DNA of 64,000 nucleotides from the NCBI RefSeq assembly GCF_036321535.1, contig NC_087437.1, forward strand, positions 62,126,001-62,190,000. Reading direction: 5' to 3'. Of this stretch, positions 26,899 through 39,165 are shown one piece after another (the first letter of the stretch is position 1; every line of letters begins with the position of its first letter). This DNA comes from Camelus dromedarius. Its lineage: Eukaryota. The translations under genes were made by a program, and so were the position numbers. Under the pieces are notes generated by a model. That model did no database searches and was not told where the DNA came from. It saw only the letters and a program-made list of their open reading frames with translations.

Positions 26899-27576
26899 TG
26901 TGATACTGTGATTTGTAATAAGTGTATATCTGGTTTTCATCCCGTTCCTGGCACAGAGCTCCTAAAACCCTTGGAATTTCCTAAGTGATAAGTGATAAGT
27001 TGTCTTGATATTCATAACAAATGCCTTTCAACCACAACTGGGTTTCTTATTAACTTTTGGAATCACCTAAGGATGGAGGCTGGTTGTAGGAGAACTAACC
27101 ATGTGATAAGAGGGTTGGAATCTTTAAGGGAGGGGAGAGAGGCTGGAGGCTAAATCAGTCACCAGTGACCAGTGATTTAATTAATTGTGCCTATGAAGCA
27201 TCCATAAAAACCCCAAAAAGGGGGTTTGAAGAGCGTCTGGGTTGGTGAACACATGGAGATGAAGGGAGAATGCCGGCTGGGAGACGGCATGGAAGTAAAA
27301 CGTTCCTGAGTTCTGTGAGCCAGTTTGGCAAATTAATTGAACCCAAGGAGGGGGGGGTCACTGGAACCTCCAATCAATAGACCGTGGGTCAGAAGCCAAG
27401 GTCTTGTGATTGGAGTCTGAGGGGCAGTTTGGTAGGACTGAGCCCTTGAGTGCAGGATCTGACACTGTCTCTGGGTAGATAGTGTCAGGGTTGAGTTGAA
27501 TTGTAGGACACCCAGTTGGTGTCAGAGAATTGCTTGGTGTCAGGAAAACCGCCGCACACTGGAAGCGGTGTCAGAA
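26899..27576 (+). mobile_element. MER21C-like solo LTR
   Basis: Starts 'tgtgatactgtgatttgtaataag...ttcctggcacagagctcctaaaacccttggaatttcc'; visibly homologous to 48252-49186. Confidence 0.8.
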
Positions 27577-30110
27577 CTGCAGCAGCCATGGACCAAGTAG
27601 TCACTTGTGCAAGGCAGCTGGTTTGAGCTGTCTGGCCAGTACTCTGCTACAGGGTCACCACTGGCGCAGTGCAAAAGGCTGGGGGCTTCCTGTAAGTGGG
27701 GAGGCGGGAGGGTGTGGTGGACTAGGGAGAGGGGAGAAGGACAGGCCCCCAGGCTGGTGCTTCTGTGCTGATGCCCAGAGGCAGGCTGTCTGCAGGGAGC
27801 CAGGAATGATCCCTTGGGATCTCAGTGGCATCTGTTTGGCATTTTATTCCAGGGTTCCCTGTCTCGTCCTTTTCCCCTTGCTCGGTGCTTTTGTTCCTTC
27901 CTCCTTTTCTCTAACTGGCTTATGTCTGTCTCGCTAGAAACATCAAGGCCCCAACCTTGGGTCAAACTCAGGCTCTTCCTGCCAGTGTCAGATGAGCAGG
28001 CTCTGGGAAGCCTTAGCTGTGTTCTTTTGTCACTTAGTAAGGAAAGGGAGGCACACTCCTTTAAACATCCTGAAATAAGCTGTTATGACGCAGTCACCAA
28101 ACCTGTTTCATACCACTTATACCTTCATTCTCAGGGTAAAGTGTCTTCATCTATGGAGCATTTAAGGCTGATTTAGTCCAGTGAGGTCCAGGGAGTGAAA
28201 GGCTTTGCATGCACCATTAGGTAAATAAATAAATAAACAAAACAGCCTTTTCAGTGGAAATACAAAGGCTGGGATGAAAGAGGAGTTTTCAGGGTAAAGC
28301 AGACGCACTAACAACTACGTGAAGTCCAAGATGTTAGAAACTGAGCCTGAAAGATTGAAATTTAGAAGAGAAAAGGGCAACTAATCTGTGGTGCAGGTTT
28401 TACAGTCTGGATGGGGGAATTCAAACCCCAACCGTGGACCTAGGGCGACCGTGTCTCTCCTTCCGGGCTCTCTTTCCTCTGCGGTAAACAGGGCCCTTCT
28501 CCCTGCCTGCCTCCCCAGGGTGATGTGAGCATCAAAGGAGGGAACTGATGTGGAAGCTGAAAGCACTCTCTAAATTATTACTCGTTGCTGCTGATAGTTG
28601 CTATTGTTATGACTGTTTCTAATAAATAATGGGCCTGTAACAAGCCATGGTAGGAAGTGAGCACAGGCAGAGACAGGAAGTTGGGCCAGGTCCTGAGTTT
28701 TGAGATTAGGATCCTGGAAACAATCTTACATTCACCACAACGTCTCTCAGTACCGTTTGTTCAAGGACAAGCATAGGTTGGCAAAGACTTCACTCTGAGA
28801 CATGATCACTGTTCTCACATTTGTTGACTTTCAGGTTCCTCATTAGTGGTTTGTGAAAGACAGATGAACAGAAATATACTCAGATGAAAGGGGGTCCAGC
28901 TGGCATCAGGGACGGACAGGGGCTCCAAGGAATCCCCCAGCCCACCTGTCCCGCATGTCATTAATGTCCCTGATGACTTCTTGAAGCTCTTTTTTCGTCT
29001 GTGGGTAGGTAATACAAGGGGATAAGCTGGCATCCTCTCTTTTGGTTTTGACAGAGTATAGTTGGCCTCTGGCCTTGGTCCTAGATCATGGGCACATCCA
29101 CTGTTCTCAGCTGTTGCAGAGCCCTGCCCCTGACTCTGGACTTAGATTTCCCCTGTCCCTTGACTTTTCTGCCTTCTCACTGAGGTTATAGATTACATCC
29201 ACGCAGCAACTAGCCTTACTGCACACAGTGGGTCTTAGCTGGCTGCCACCCTCCCCGACCCCCAGGTGACAATCGTTAATCACTGCTGAGATGGTTTGAG
29301 GCCATTGGGAGACTTGAGTGATGTCTGAATTTTGATCAGTTACTAAACCTGTGCAGGAGCAGGTTCCAGATGGGTGGTACTTGTTTTAAGTTTAGTACTT
29401 TAGTATTTCCACAAGGTTAAGTCTTCTTAGTAAAGAGTTTCTGTATGAGTGTTCTGTAAGTGCCTTTATTATTTTGAATTGGAAGAATGAGGAAGGCATC
29501 TGTGTCATCACTTATTAGCCTTTAATTCTAGGCAACCGCCAGATGATGCATGGGGATACTGGGGTATGGATGTAAGGGTGCTAGGGGTCACCCTATCAGC
29601 CAGGGTTCCGTGAGGAAAATGGAAACTGCCCTAGGTATTTTAAACAGAGGGAATTCAGTGCACAGAATTCCTTACAGACGTGTTAGAAGGGCCAGGGGAG
29701 CAAACAGCTAAGTAAAGGAAGGTTTCCCAAAGATCAGTAACTGTTGGAAGCTGCTGTTCCCACCAGGACCAGAAGACTGAAAGGCAAGATGGCAGAGCGC
29801 ATGGCCACGGAGCTAGAGCCCAGCATCTCACCCTCACCCACGGTCCAGGGGCCGGACCTCAGTCATGTGGCCACGCCCACCTGTAAAGATGCTGGGAAAT
29901 GTAGTCTCCAAGGGGCCAGGAGGAAAGGGACCGAGTGGGCCGAACAACTAGTCTGCGCTGCACACGGGCATGGGAATCAGTGTGTGCACAGGCCTGTGGG
30001 CACAGTGAGACGAGAGTGTTTTACAGCTGAGTTCTCCCAGCTCCCGGTGCCCCCTGTCACTGGCCCTTCCCATGGCTGCTGAGCTGACTTCCATGTGCCC
30101 TGTTTTCCAG

Positions 30111-30257
30111 GAGGCCCTGGCCCAGCCCCAGCCCTGGTGGAAGATCCAGCTGTTCATGTGGGAGCCAGTGCTGTTCGGGACCTGGGATGGTGTGTTCACG
30201 TCCTGCATGATCAACATTTTTGGGGTGGTTCTCTTCTTGAGGACAGGCTGGCTGGTG
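30111..30257 (+). CDS. SLC12A8: SLC12A8 coding exon ([51 protein letters not shown]1)
   Basis: CCC-family TM1 motif 'FGTWDGVF...[10 protein letters not shown]'. Acceptor 'tgttttccag|', donor 'GTG|gtgagt'; 147 nt, phase 0-0. Confidence 0.97.
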
Positions 30258-30636
30258 GTGAGTGATGGGCTGGTGGCCCTGGAGCCTCCTGGGGGCCTGT
30301 GATGGGGAAAGCTCTGTCACCCTTGGGCATTCCATGGTACAGTTGACGGATTCCTGAAGCACAAATGCTCCAGAAGCATGATGCATGACCAAGCATGTTG
30401 AGTAACTAGTGTTGCATTTTAAATGAGAATCCTGAGAACTGGGGTCTCAGACAGAGGCCTCACCATGGGTTTAACTACAGAAATATGAGCACAGAAGTCA
30501 GGGCACATTGTGGGTGGGACTAGAGGCAGGTCAGAGAGAGCAGATGGATGGCAAGTTTGCCCCCAGTGTAGGACCCTCTCCAGCTTCCCTGGGATCCTCC
30601 CACTCATCTGGTGCCCCCCAGAGAGGGAGAGGGAGG

Positions 30637-31721
30637 TGTAAAAACCTACAGTTCTCTTCTCAACTTTCCCCTTACTTCCACACCAAACACCTCACTTCTG
30701 ACTCTTCTGGTCACCAGATGTGTGGTTTATCCTCACACCACAAAATTCTGTGATACCAGCTGAGTGTCCTACAATTTAACTCAGTTCTGACACCATGTAG
30801 CTGGAGATAGCATCAGATCCCACAGGTTAAAGGCTCAGTCCCATAAGGCTGCCCCCACTCATTTTGGATGCAAGTCACAAGTCCAGGTGGTCACCTGTGC
30901 TTCTGATAGATTGGCTGTGAATCAGGGGTTCCCATGTCCCCCTCCTTAGATTTGATTAATTTGCTAGAGCAGCTCACAGAACTTGGGGAAACACCTGCTT
31001 ATATTTACTAGCTTATTAAAGCACATGATAAAAGGTATAGATGAACAGCCAGATGAAGAGTTATGTAGAGCAAAATCTGTGAGGGTCCCAAAAGCAGGAG
31101 CTTCTGTCCCTGTTGAGTTGGGGTGTATCACCCTCCTGGTACCTGGATATGTTCACTTACCTGGAAGCTTTCCAAACCCCATACTTTTTGGGAGTTTTAT
31201 GGAGGCTTCATCACACGTGATCAATTATTAACTCCATTTCTAGTCCCTCTCCCCTCTCTAGAGAAGTGTGTGTGGTGGTGGTGGTGGTGGTTGTGGCGGC
31301 AGTGGCTGCGGTGTTGGTAGCGGTGGTGGTGAAAATTCCAAGCTTCTAATCATAGTTTGGTCTTTCTGGTGACCAGCTCCCATCCAGTTAGAACAAGAGA
31401 TGCTCCTAGGGCTCTTATCACCTAGGAAATGACAAGGTTTCAGGAGCTCTGTGCCAGGAACCAGGTAAAGAGACCAATATACAGTGGACCCTTGAACAAC
31501 ATGGGTTTGAACTGTATGGTTTACTTAAACGTGGATTTTTAAAATAAATACTATAGTACTACATGGTCTGTGTTTGGCTGAATGCATGGATGCAGAACCG
31601 TGGAAGGGATGGCTGACTTCGAGACTTTAGCATCTGCAGAGTTTGGTATCCGTGGCCAGTCCTAGAATTAATCCCCTGTGGATACTGAGGGATGGCCGTA
31701 TATATTTTCTATGATATCACA
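30637..31721 (-). mobile_element. MER21B-like solo LTR, interrupted by a Tigger-derived MITE
   Basis: Reverse-complement homology to the other MER21 copies ('gtgtcctacaatttaactcagttctgacac', 'ttgattaatttgctagagcagctcacagaact'); TG...CA ends. Confidence 0.75.
31482..31698. mobile_element. Tigger2-like (Tc1/mariner-pogo) non-autonomous element
   Basis: Starts 'cagtggacccttgaacaacatgggtttgaactg' and ends 'ggatactgagggatggccg', flanked by TA on both sides. Confidence 0.75.
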
Positions 31722-32125
31722 GAGATACAGAGAGGTGTGTGTATTTAAGAAATTGGCTCATGCAATTATGGGAGCTGGCAAGTAAAAAATCTGTAGGACA
31801 AGTGAGATGTAGGTAAGGATTGATGTTGCAGTCTTTTGAGTCCAAAACCTAGAAACTCAGAGAAAATTTCTGTGTTGCAGTCTGGAGGCCAGATTCCTTT
31901 TTAGGGAAACCTCAGTCTTTGCTCTTGCACGTTGCTCAGTCTTTGCAACTGATTGCATGAGAATCACCCACATTATGGAGGGTAATCTCCTTTACTTAAG
32001 GTCAACTGATTATACATATTAATCACATCCTGAAAATACACTTACAGCAACTTCCAGACTAGTGTTTGCCAAAACAACTAGTCACCACAATCTAGCCAAG
32101 TTGGCACATGAGATTAACCATCTCA
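31722..32125 (-). mobile_element. MLT2-type (ERVL) LTR
   Basis: 'aagaaattggctcatgcaattatgggagctggcaagt', 'cccacattatggagggtaatctcctttacttaaggtcaactgatt' and an end of 'attaaccatctca'. Confidence 0.8.
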
Positions 32126-32772
32126 TGTGCAAGTTCCAGGGGATTAAACTTTCACTGTAGTGGGGTGTGTGGGGTTCTGAGCCCACTTAGGAGGCCCGAG
32201 CGAGGCCAGAGCTTCCTGAGCACTTGCCCTACTCCATACCCAGGCCCTCTGCTCAGGGTTCAGCCTTAGCCATAGCCAGGATGGGTCTGAAAGTATTTTT
32301 TTATTAATGCGTGGAAAGCTTAGAGCAGGGTTAGCAACTTCTCTGGTGTGAATGCTGAGAATTCTTGCCTCTCATACTCCTGCCAAGTTTGCAGGGGCCC
32401 CCACTTACAAAAACACAGAGCCTCTAGTCCAGACTCCTCATCCCGGCAGGCATCTCGGGCTTCTGGGATGGGCCTCTGATTTTTCCCCTTTCTGGGAGCC
32501 ACCTCACTGCCCAGCATCTCTCCAGTCTGTGTCCGAGGAGGCCCAGCAGTCTGACCATTGTGGCAGAGGAAGGCCCAGCAGTGACAGCCTGGGCCCTGGG
32601 CTCTGCCTTTTGCCGGGGGTGCTTTTGGAACAGTGGGAGGAGAGAAGAGGAAGCCCTCTCTATTTTGATTCTTAAATCTTAGTGCCTCCTCTTAACCCTC
32701 TCGCTGGGTGATTTTTTTTGAGAAATGGCCATCTAGAAGTGTCAGTCCCGTCCCCAAACTGAAGGTAGAAGT

Positions 32773-33258
32773 TGTGTTAGTTATTGCTGCATAACAAACT
32801 ACCCAACACTTAGCAGCTTAAAGGAACAAATACAAATTACCTTGTAGTTACTGTGGTTTCAGGATCCAGGTGTAACTTAGCTGGGTGCCTCTGACTCAGC
32901 GTTTCTTGTGGGGTTGCAGCCGAGCTGTTGGTCAGGGCTGCAGTCTCATCTGAAGGCTCTACTGGTAGAGGCTGTGTTTCCAAGATCACTTGTGAGGTTG
33001 TTGTCAGGCCTTGTCATGTGGGCCCCTTCACAGGGGTCGCCTCAGTACCTGCAGCTGGCTTCCCTCGGGGCCAGCAACCTACGAGAGAGTGAGGGAGCAA
33101 GTGAGATGAAAGCCACGGTCTTCTCATGTCCTCATCTCAGAAGTGACATCCCAACACTGCTGCAGGGTTCTGCTCCCCACTCAAGGGGAGATTTCACAGG
33201 GGTACAGATGCTGGGAGGTGGGGACCACTGGGGCCATTTTTGAGGCTGCATACCACAC
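32773..33258 (-). mobile_element. MaLR solo LTR (MLT1 family)
   Basis: 'tgtgttagttattgctgcataacaaactacccaacacttagcagcttaaa...ggggccattttt...taccaca'. Confidence 0.75.
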
Positions 33259-34685
33259 AAGTGCATTCTTTTGTCCTAAAATGATCTCTCCTTTTCAGTT
33301 CTGACATTAGTTTTACTTGAAAAATCATATTTGAACATAGAAAAAAAGGTAAATGTGAAATGCCAAAAATAAGGTGGAGCTTCTATGGGATGGCATCAAA
33401 TTAAGTTAAGGTCATGCCCAAATCATTTTAAAATAGAAAGTATTGCTTCTAAAGAATAATTTGCAGTATACTTATAATTTGAAAAATGTTAGGTGCAGTT
33501 TTTGTATAAGAACCTAAAGATTAGTACAGACTTTAAAAAATTATCCCATGCAGACAATTTAAAAGCACAAACAAAGGAAGAAAATAGTAATTATGTTAGT
33601 TCACTACAAATATAAAATCAACAAAGTAAGTAACTGAATGAAACCTAATCCTTTAGCTATCATATAGTCCGCTGTGGGAAGCTGCGATCCATTTTTTCCC
33701 TTTCTCTGTTAACAGAATCATAATTTTGTGTGATACGCCATTACTCTCAGCTGAAAATCCAACAGATTAACAAATACAGTAATCCCACTTTACTCTCCAA
33801 CCTCCATCTAAATTGATATCAAAGTAGAAATGAAGGAAATATTCACCTTTTTCTTCTCCCCCCAATATTTCTTTACTCATTTACAAAAGGTATACATTCA
33901 TACCTAAATGTAAACCTATTTTTCAATGCATTGAACTTCTAAACTGTTCAGATAACTTTCAGGTGATGAAAGTCAGAGGTGTGAGAAGAGAGTAGATGGA
34001 GTAGGGGCAGGAAGAATGCGGTGCACACAAATGAAAGAGAAATAAAGAAAGCAAGAAAAAAAGCCCTAATGCCCCCCCAACCCACCCCCTTACAAAACAA
34101 GAAAACCTCATTGTGCTCTCTTGGGCGCACAGCCCAGAGGTAAGGTTGGGTTTGGAAACAGACTCAGTGTAATCAGTGCTGTGGTAAGTACTAAGCCCGG
34201 AGGAAGGGTTACAGGGACAGCATCCTGGAGGAGGAAACTCCTAAACCCAGTCTTAAAGGATGCACCAGAGTGAACCTGGCAAGGAGGAGGAATGGGCAGA
34301 AAGGCATTCCAGGCAGGGGATCCGCGTGGGTAAGAGGGTGAGGGTGAGGGAGCAGTGACCTCACGCTGCCGCACACGGCGGTGGGGCAGGGGAATGTGTG
34401 CTATCGGCAGGGGGGTGAGGGGAACCGCGGAGGTGGAGAGGGGACAGACCAGGAGGGGCCTCGTGAGGGTATGGCATAGCTTTGACTTTACGTTGTCAGC
34501 GCTGGGAAGTCACGAAGAGTTTGCTGCAGGGACATTGCCTTCATCTGGAATTTCTCCCAGGCCTTACTCCTGTGGCGCTGCCTTTGTCCTTTTCCGGCGG
34601 GGCCCACCCCCTGGGATGTGGGGGCGGTGGTCTGTGCTCCCCAGGGGCCCTAACCCTGACCTGGCTCCTTGCTGTTCCACTGCAG

Positions 34686-34877
34686 GGAAACACAGGAGTG
34701 CTCATGGGCATGTTTCTGGTGTCCTTCGTCGCCCTGGTGGCCCTGGTCCCCGTGCTGTCCGGCATCGGGGTTGGGGAGCACTGCGGCGCGGGCAGCGGCG
34801 GCGTCTACTCCATGATCGCCGCGGTCCTCGGCGGGCAGACCGGAGGCACGATCGGGCTGCTGTACGTGTTTGGACAG
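34686..34877 (+). CDS. SLC12A8: SLC12A8 coding exon ([66 protein letters not shown]2 to start of TM3)
   Basis: CCC motif 'GGVYSMI..VLG...GG.IGL'. Acceptor 'ccactgcag|', donor 'CAG|gtgagg'; 192 nt, phase 0-0. Confidence 0.97.
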
Positions 34878-36271
34878 GTGAGGCCACTGGCAGTGGGATA
34901 CTTCCCTTGCCTTGCTGTCTGCCACCTTCTTCTCATCCACGTTCCCATCTGACCCCGTGTGAGGCAAGGTGGACAGTCCCCCCGTTTTATAGATGGGCCA
35001 GACACGGGCTCTAGAGGGGAGCTCAGAGCAGAATCAAACCCACCGCCCAGGACCCTGACCCTCCAGAGCTCCTTCCTCTCCACCACCCGTGCCTCCCAGA
35101 GTCCCGATTCCTCCAGGGAGCCGGGTCTGGGCTGGATGCATCCTTGCAGCCGGGTCTAGGGAGAGGAGTGCACAGTAGTGGTTGGAGCCCTGGTGGCAGC
35201 TGGGTGGCCCACCCCTGAGGCACTTTTACACTGAAAAGGGGACATTTGGCCTGTGCCAAGGACTTGCCTAGAAGCAGGCAGTTCTCAGATGAACTGGAGC
35301 TCCCATTGATAGCTTGACGGCCTTAACAGAGAGACTGAAAGCCCCAGTGTGGATGCTCCGTCTGAGAAGGAGAATACCAATGAGGAGGCTGCTTCACCAG
35401 GGTGCCCGGCGGCCCTCAGAAAACCAGTGAGTTGGGAGAAGCCCTGAGGCGTGTTTAGCTAAAACACAGGGACGGTGACCTAATGCTGAGGAAGCAAGTG
35501 CAGACTTTAAGAAGCAGCTCTTTGTAAGAACTTCTTGGACTGCATAAGGCTTTAATGATGGTGCGAGGGGTGGTGGGTGGCTGAAAAAAAAAGTTTAAAG
35601 AAAAGACTCTAAGAGTCTCCTCAAAGAAAGCATCAGCTCTGCTTCTTTTATTTTTAAGCCGCAGGGGCCGGGTATTTTAGCAAAAATACATCTGATTCTC
35701 CAACAGCACAGAGCTGTGTGTGTGTGTGACAGATGTGTGGAAAGCAGACACATGGTCACTGCACCCTTAAAAACCACTTGCCGTTTTGGAGAAAGCTCTT
35801 TAAGCATGGTAGTTTGGGAGGTAAATAATAAACAGTCAGTTTATTCATTACCTTGGGGATTTGTATTTCAGTGTTTTACTTCTCTGCTGTTTTCTAGCCA
35901 AGCAGGCTGCAAGATGGACAAACAGCAGCCCCACTTTCCCCACTCCCTGGGTAGATAGCAAGCTCGGCCCTTGAAGCAGAGACCACAGCGCTGGTGGGTG
36001 GGAAGGGCCACTGTGCAGAGAGAGGGAGCCTTGTGTATGTGAGCCGCCTTGGAAGGAAGGGTGCTTACAACAGAGAAGTTTTCTGAGCACAGGCAGCCCC
36101 TGCCTCAGAAGCCACGGTATTGACGTCTTTGCTCACTTTGCTTTCTTTTGCTTTGGGGCCTCGGCCAGAAACATCGGTGCCCCTGCAGTCAGTGTCCTCA
36201 CCATGCCTCTGCTGCTTCTGCCACCGACCTGGGCCGGGCTGAGGGTGCGGCTGCTGCATTGTCCTTTCCAT

Positions 36272-36795
36272 GTGCTGCTAGTGTTTTGTTGAGGATTTTG
36301 GCCTATATATCATAAGGGATATTGGTCTGTAGTTTTTCTTGTCATATCTTTGTCTAATTTTGGTGTCATGATGATGCTGGCCTCACAGAATGAGTTGGGA
36401 AGTGTTCCCTCTTCTTTGATTTTTGGGAAGAGTTTGTGAAGGATTGGTGTTCATTTTTCTTTCTATGCTTGGTGGAATTTGGTGGTGAAACCCTGTGGTC
36501 CTGGGTTTTTCTTTGTAGGAAGTTTTTTGATTACTAATTCAATCTCTTTATTTCTATAGCTATTCCAGTTTTCTCCTTCTTCCTGAGTCAGTGGTGGTAG
36601 TTTGTGTTTTCCTAGGAATTTGTCTGTCTTATCTAGGTTATCTAGTGTTTTGGCATATAATCATTCATAGATACCCTTATAACCTGTTTTGTTTTTGTAA
36701 GATTGGTAGAAATGGCCTCCCTTTCATTCCTGATTTTAGTTATCTGAGTTTTCTGTCTTTTTTTCTTGATCAGCATAGTTAAAGGTTTGTCTGCA
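36272..36795 (-). mobile_element. Old L1 ORF2 internal fragment
   Basis: Homologous to ~15850-16380 of the large L1 ('gaatgagttgggaagtgttccctc'). The minus ORF 36642-36902 contains L1-like 'QITKIRNER'. Confidence 0.85.
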
Positions 36796-37044
36796 AAGAA
36801 GCCATTTTTCTGTGAGAAGGGGAGGGATTTGGAGGGGAAGCTGTGATCTTCTAGGTAGGTGCTCAAAGATGGAAAAAAAATGTCCATTACTTCACAGTGC
36901 AATTTTCCTAAAACAAATGCCTTGGAATGGAGGTGTTACACCCTGAAAATGTGGTGGGTGACACCCCCTGCTTCCTGTGGCAGAGGGTTAGAAGTTCTCT
37001 ATAGAGAATGAAAAAGAGAAAGGAATGCCTGTGATTATAAACTT

Positions 37045-37284
37045 GAAAAAAATTTTAATCAGAGTGTAGTTGATTTACAATGTTAGTTTCAGGTATACAG
37101 CAAAGTGATTCAGTTATACACATACGTAGATATATATTTTTTCTTTTCAGACTATTTTCCATTATATGTTATTATAAGAAAATGAATATAGTTCCCTGTG
37201 CTATATAGTAGGTCCTTCTTGTTTATCTATTTTACATATAGTAGTGTGTATTTGTTAATCCCAAATGGCTAATTCATCCCTCCT
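37045..37284 (-). mobile_element. Short L1 3'-UTR insertion (cetartiodactyl-type)
   Basis: 'gtgtagttgatttacaatgttagtttcaggtatacagcaaagtgattcagttataca...tagttccctgtgctatatagtagg'. TSD tgtgattataaa at 37030-37041 and 37285-37296. Confidence 0.85.
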
Positions 37285-38914
37285 TGTGATTATAAATTTT
37301 AAGAGGAGATAAAAATACTTAAAAAATATGAAATTCTGGGGAGGTTTATACATTAAGCAAATTGAAAGGGATGTTTTCCAATGAAGAGGAGTGTCAGGGT
37401 TGGAAGGTAAAGGAAGGTAGCCCACCTCTGGGGAAGGGCTGGCAGTCACTGTGGTGCACACCGCTCCCAAAGGTAGACCAGAACCCAGGCTAGGATGGAG
37501 CTTGCTGGCGGTGAGCTGGCTTTTGGGGAGCCTTGGGTCGTCGACGCACTGTGCTCTGTGTACCCAGATGCAGTTTTTACACAAACAGAATGGCACTCTC
37601 ATTGTGTTTGTTTTTATTTTCCTTTATAAAATTCCTTTAAAATTACAAAATGATGTTCATTATAACCAGTTAACATATCAGAGAGAATATAAAGAAACAG
37701 GTAGTTTCTCTCAGCCCCCAAAATAACCAGTGTGAGTGCCTGGCATCCTTGTCAACACCTTCCCCTGTATGAATGATGGGTTTTTGAAGTGCTTACTTGT
37801 TTTTACAAAAGTGAATTTTACAAATTTCATACTCTTGTATTTTCCATCGAACAATAAGTCATAGACATTCTGATAGGTTGGTGCTTTGAACCCATGCTTT
37901 TTAAGTAGTTGCTTAGTATTTTATAAGATGAAAGTATCGTAATTTATGGCACGTTCATTCTCTATTCATTCTTTTATGCTCTTGTGTAATAGTAGTGTTA
38001 TTCCTTTTCTCATTTCTAATAGTCTGTATTTTTGCACTTTCTCTTTTCTTCTAACTTGGGCTGCCACGTATTTATATATTTTTATTGATTTAAAAAATCA
38101 GCTTTTTTATGGTATGTGAGTTATATCTCAATAAAATATTTAAAAAAAGAATAAAAAATCAGCTTTTGTTCTCTGTATGCTTTCTTTTGTTTTTTCTTTT
38201 ATTTCATTAATTTTACATATCTTTTTATTAAATACTTCTTCCTATTGTCTTTATACTGATTTTTAAAATCTCGTCTTAAGTTAATATTTTGTTCATGTAT
38301 TTTTCTGCCTTTTTAAACCAATAAAAACATTTAAGATTATACTTTTTTTTCCCCTTCCGGAATACAGGATTAATGTGTTTCTCAACTTTTAGAGTAAATC
38401 CTTTTTATTACTTTCTAGATAATTTGAAAATTTTAAAAATGTCTCCTTATTTTGCCAACATGGCTCAAATTTATTTCTGTTGAATTTTCCCCCTTGCTGA
38501 TTTGGAAGTTCTGCTATGCTTTTCAGTCTGTGAATAGTTATTGTCTACTTTTAGAAGCCATAATTATACTTTTTCTATACGCTCCAAACAAAAACATTAC
38601 TTATTAGCTCCTCCACCTACTGAATATGAAATCTCTGTGATGCTTTTACTTCTCCATCTTCTATAATTACCCTTACCTCTTACCCCCAAATTCTTGGATT
38701 TTGAGAAGGTGGTTTAATTTGGGGTTGTCATTGCTTTCCCTTAAAAATAAGTCTCTTCGGTTTCAAGACTCCTTAGTTACAACTTATGTTGCAAATTTTC
38801 AGTGACGTTGCCATCCTCTATTTAGCATTAACAAAGCTTTTTATGAAATTCCTAGCTAGCTACTGTTTCCTTTTCTTTGGTTGCTAATAATAGTAAAGTA
38901 ATAATGATAATGCC

Positions 38915-39165
38915 GATAGCTATTATTTCTACAACTCTAACTGCGAGCCAGGTATTGTTCTAGGACTTTACATGCATTATCTTCTTTAATTCTCACAATA
39001 ACCTTTTGAAGTAAGTAGTGTTATTACCTGTGTTTCACAGACACAGGTATGAAGCACAGAGAAGTTAGAACACTTCCCCCAATCACACAGTGAGGACTGG
39101 GAGCCACAGCATTTGGCCTCAGGCAGTCTGGTTTCACAGGCTACACTTCCAACAACCATGCTCTT
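38915..39165 (-). mobile_element. MIR SINE
   Basis: 'gccaggtattgttctaggactttacatgcattatcttctttaattctcacaataacc...tttcacagacacagg...gaagcacagagaagtt'. Confidence 0.75.

Noticed and set aside
34355..35014. 219-aa ORF as an independent gene
   Set aside because: It has a non-ATG start and overlaps SLC12A8 exon 4 in another frame. The Arg/Gly/Pro-rich composition is what off-frame GC-rich DNA gives. It is only considered as part of the -1 frame finding.
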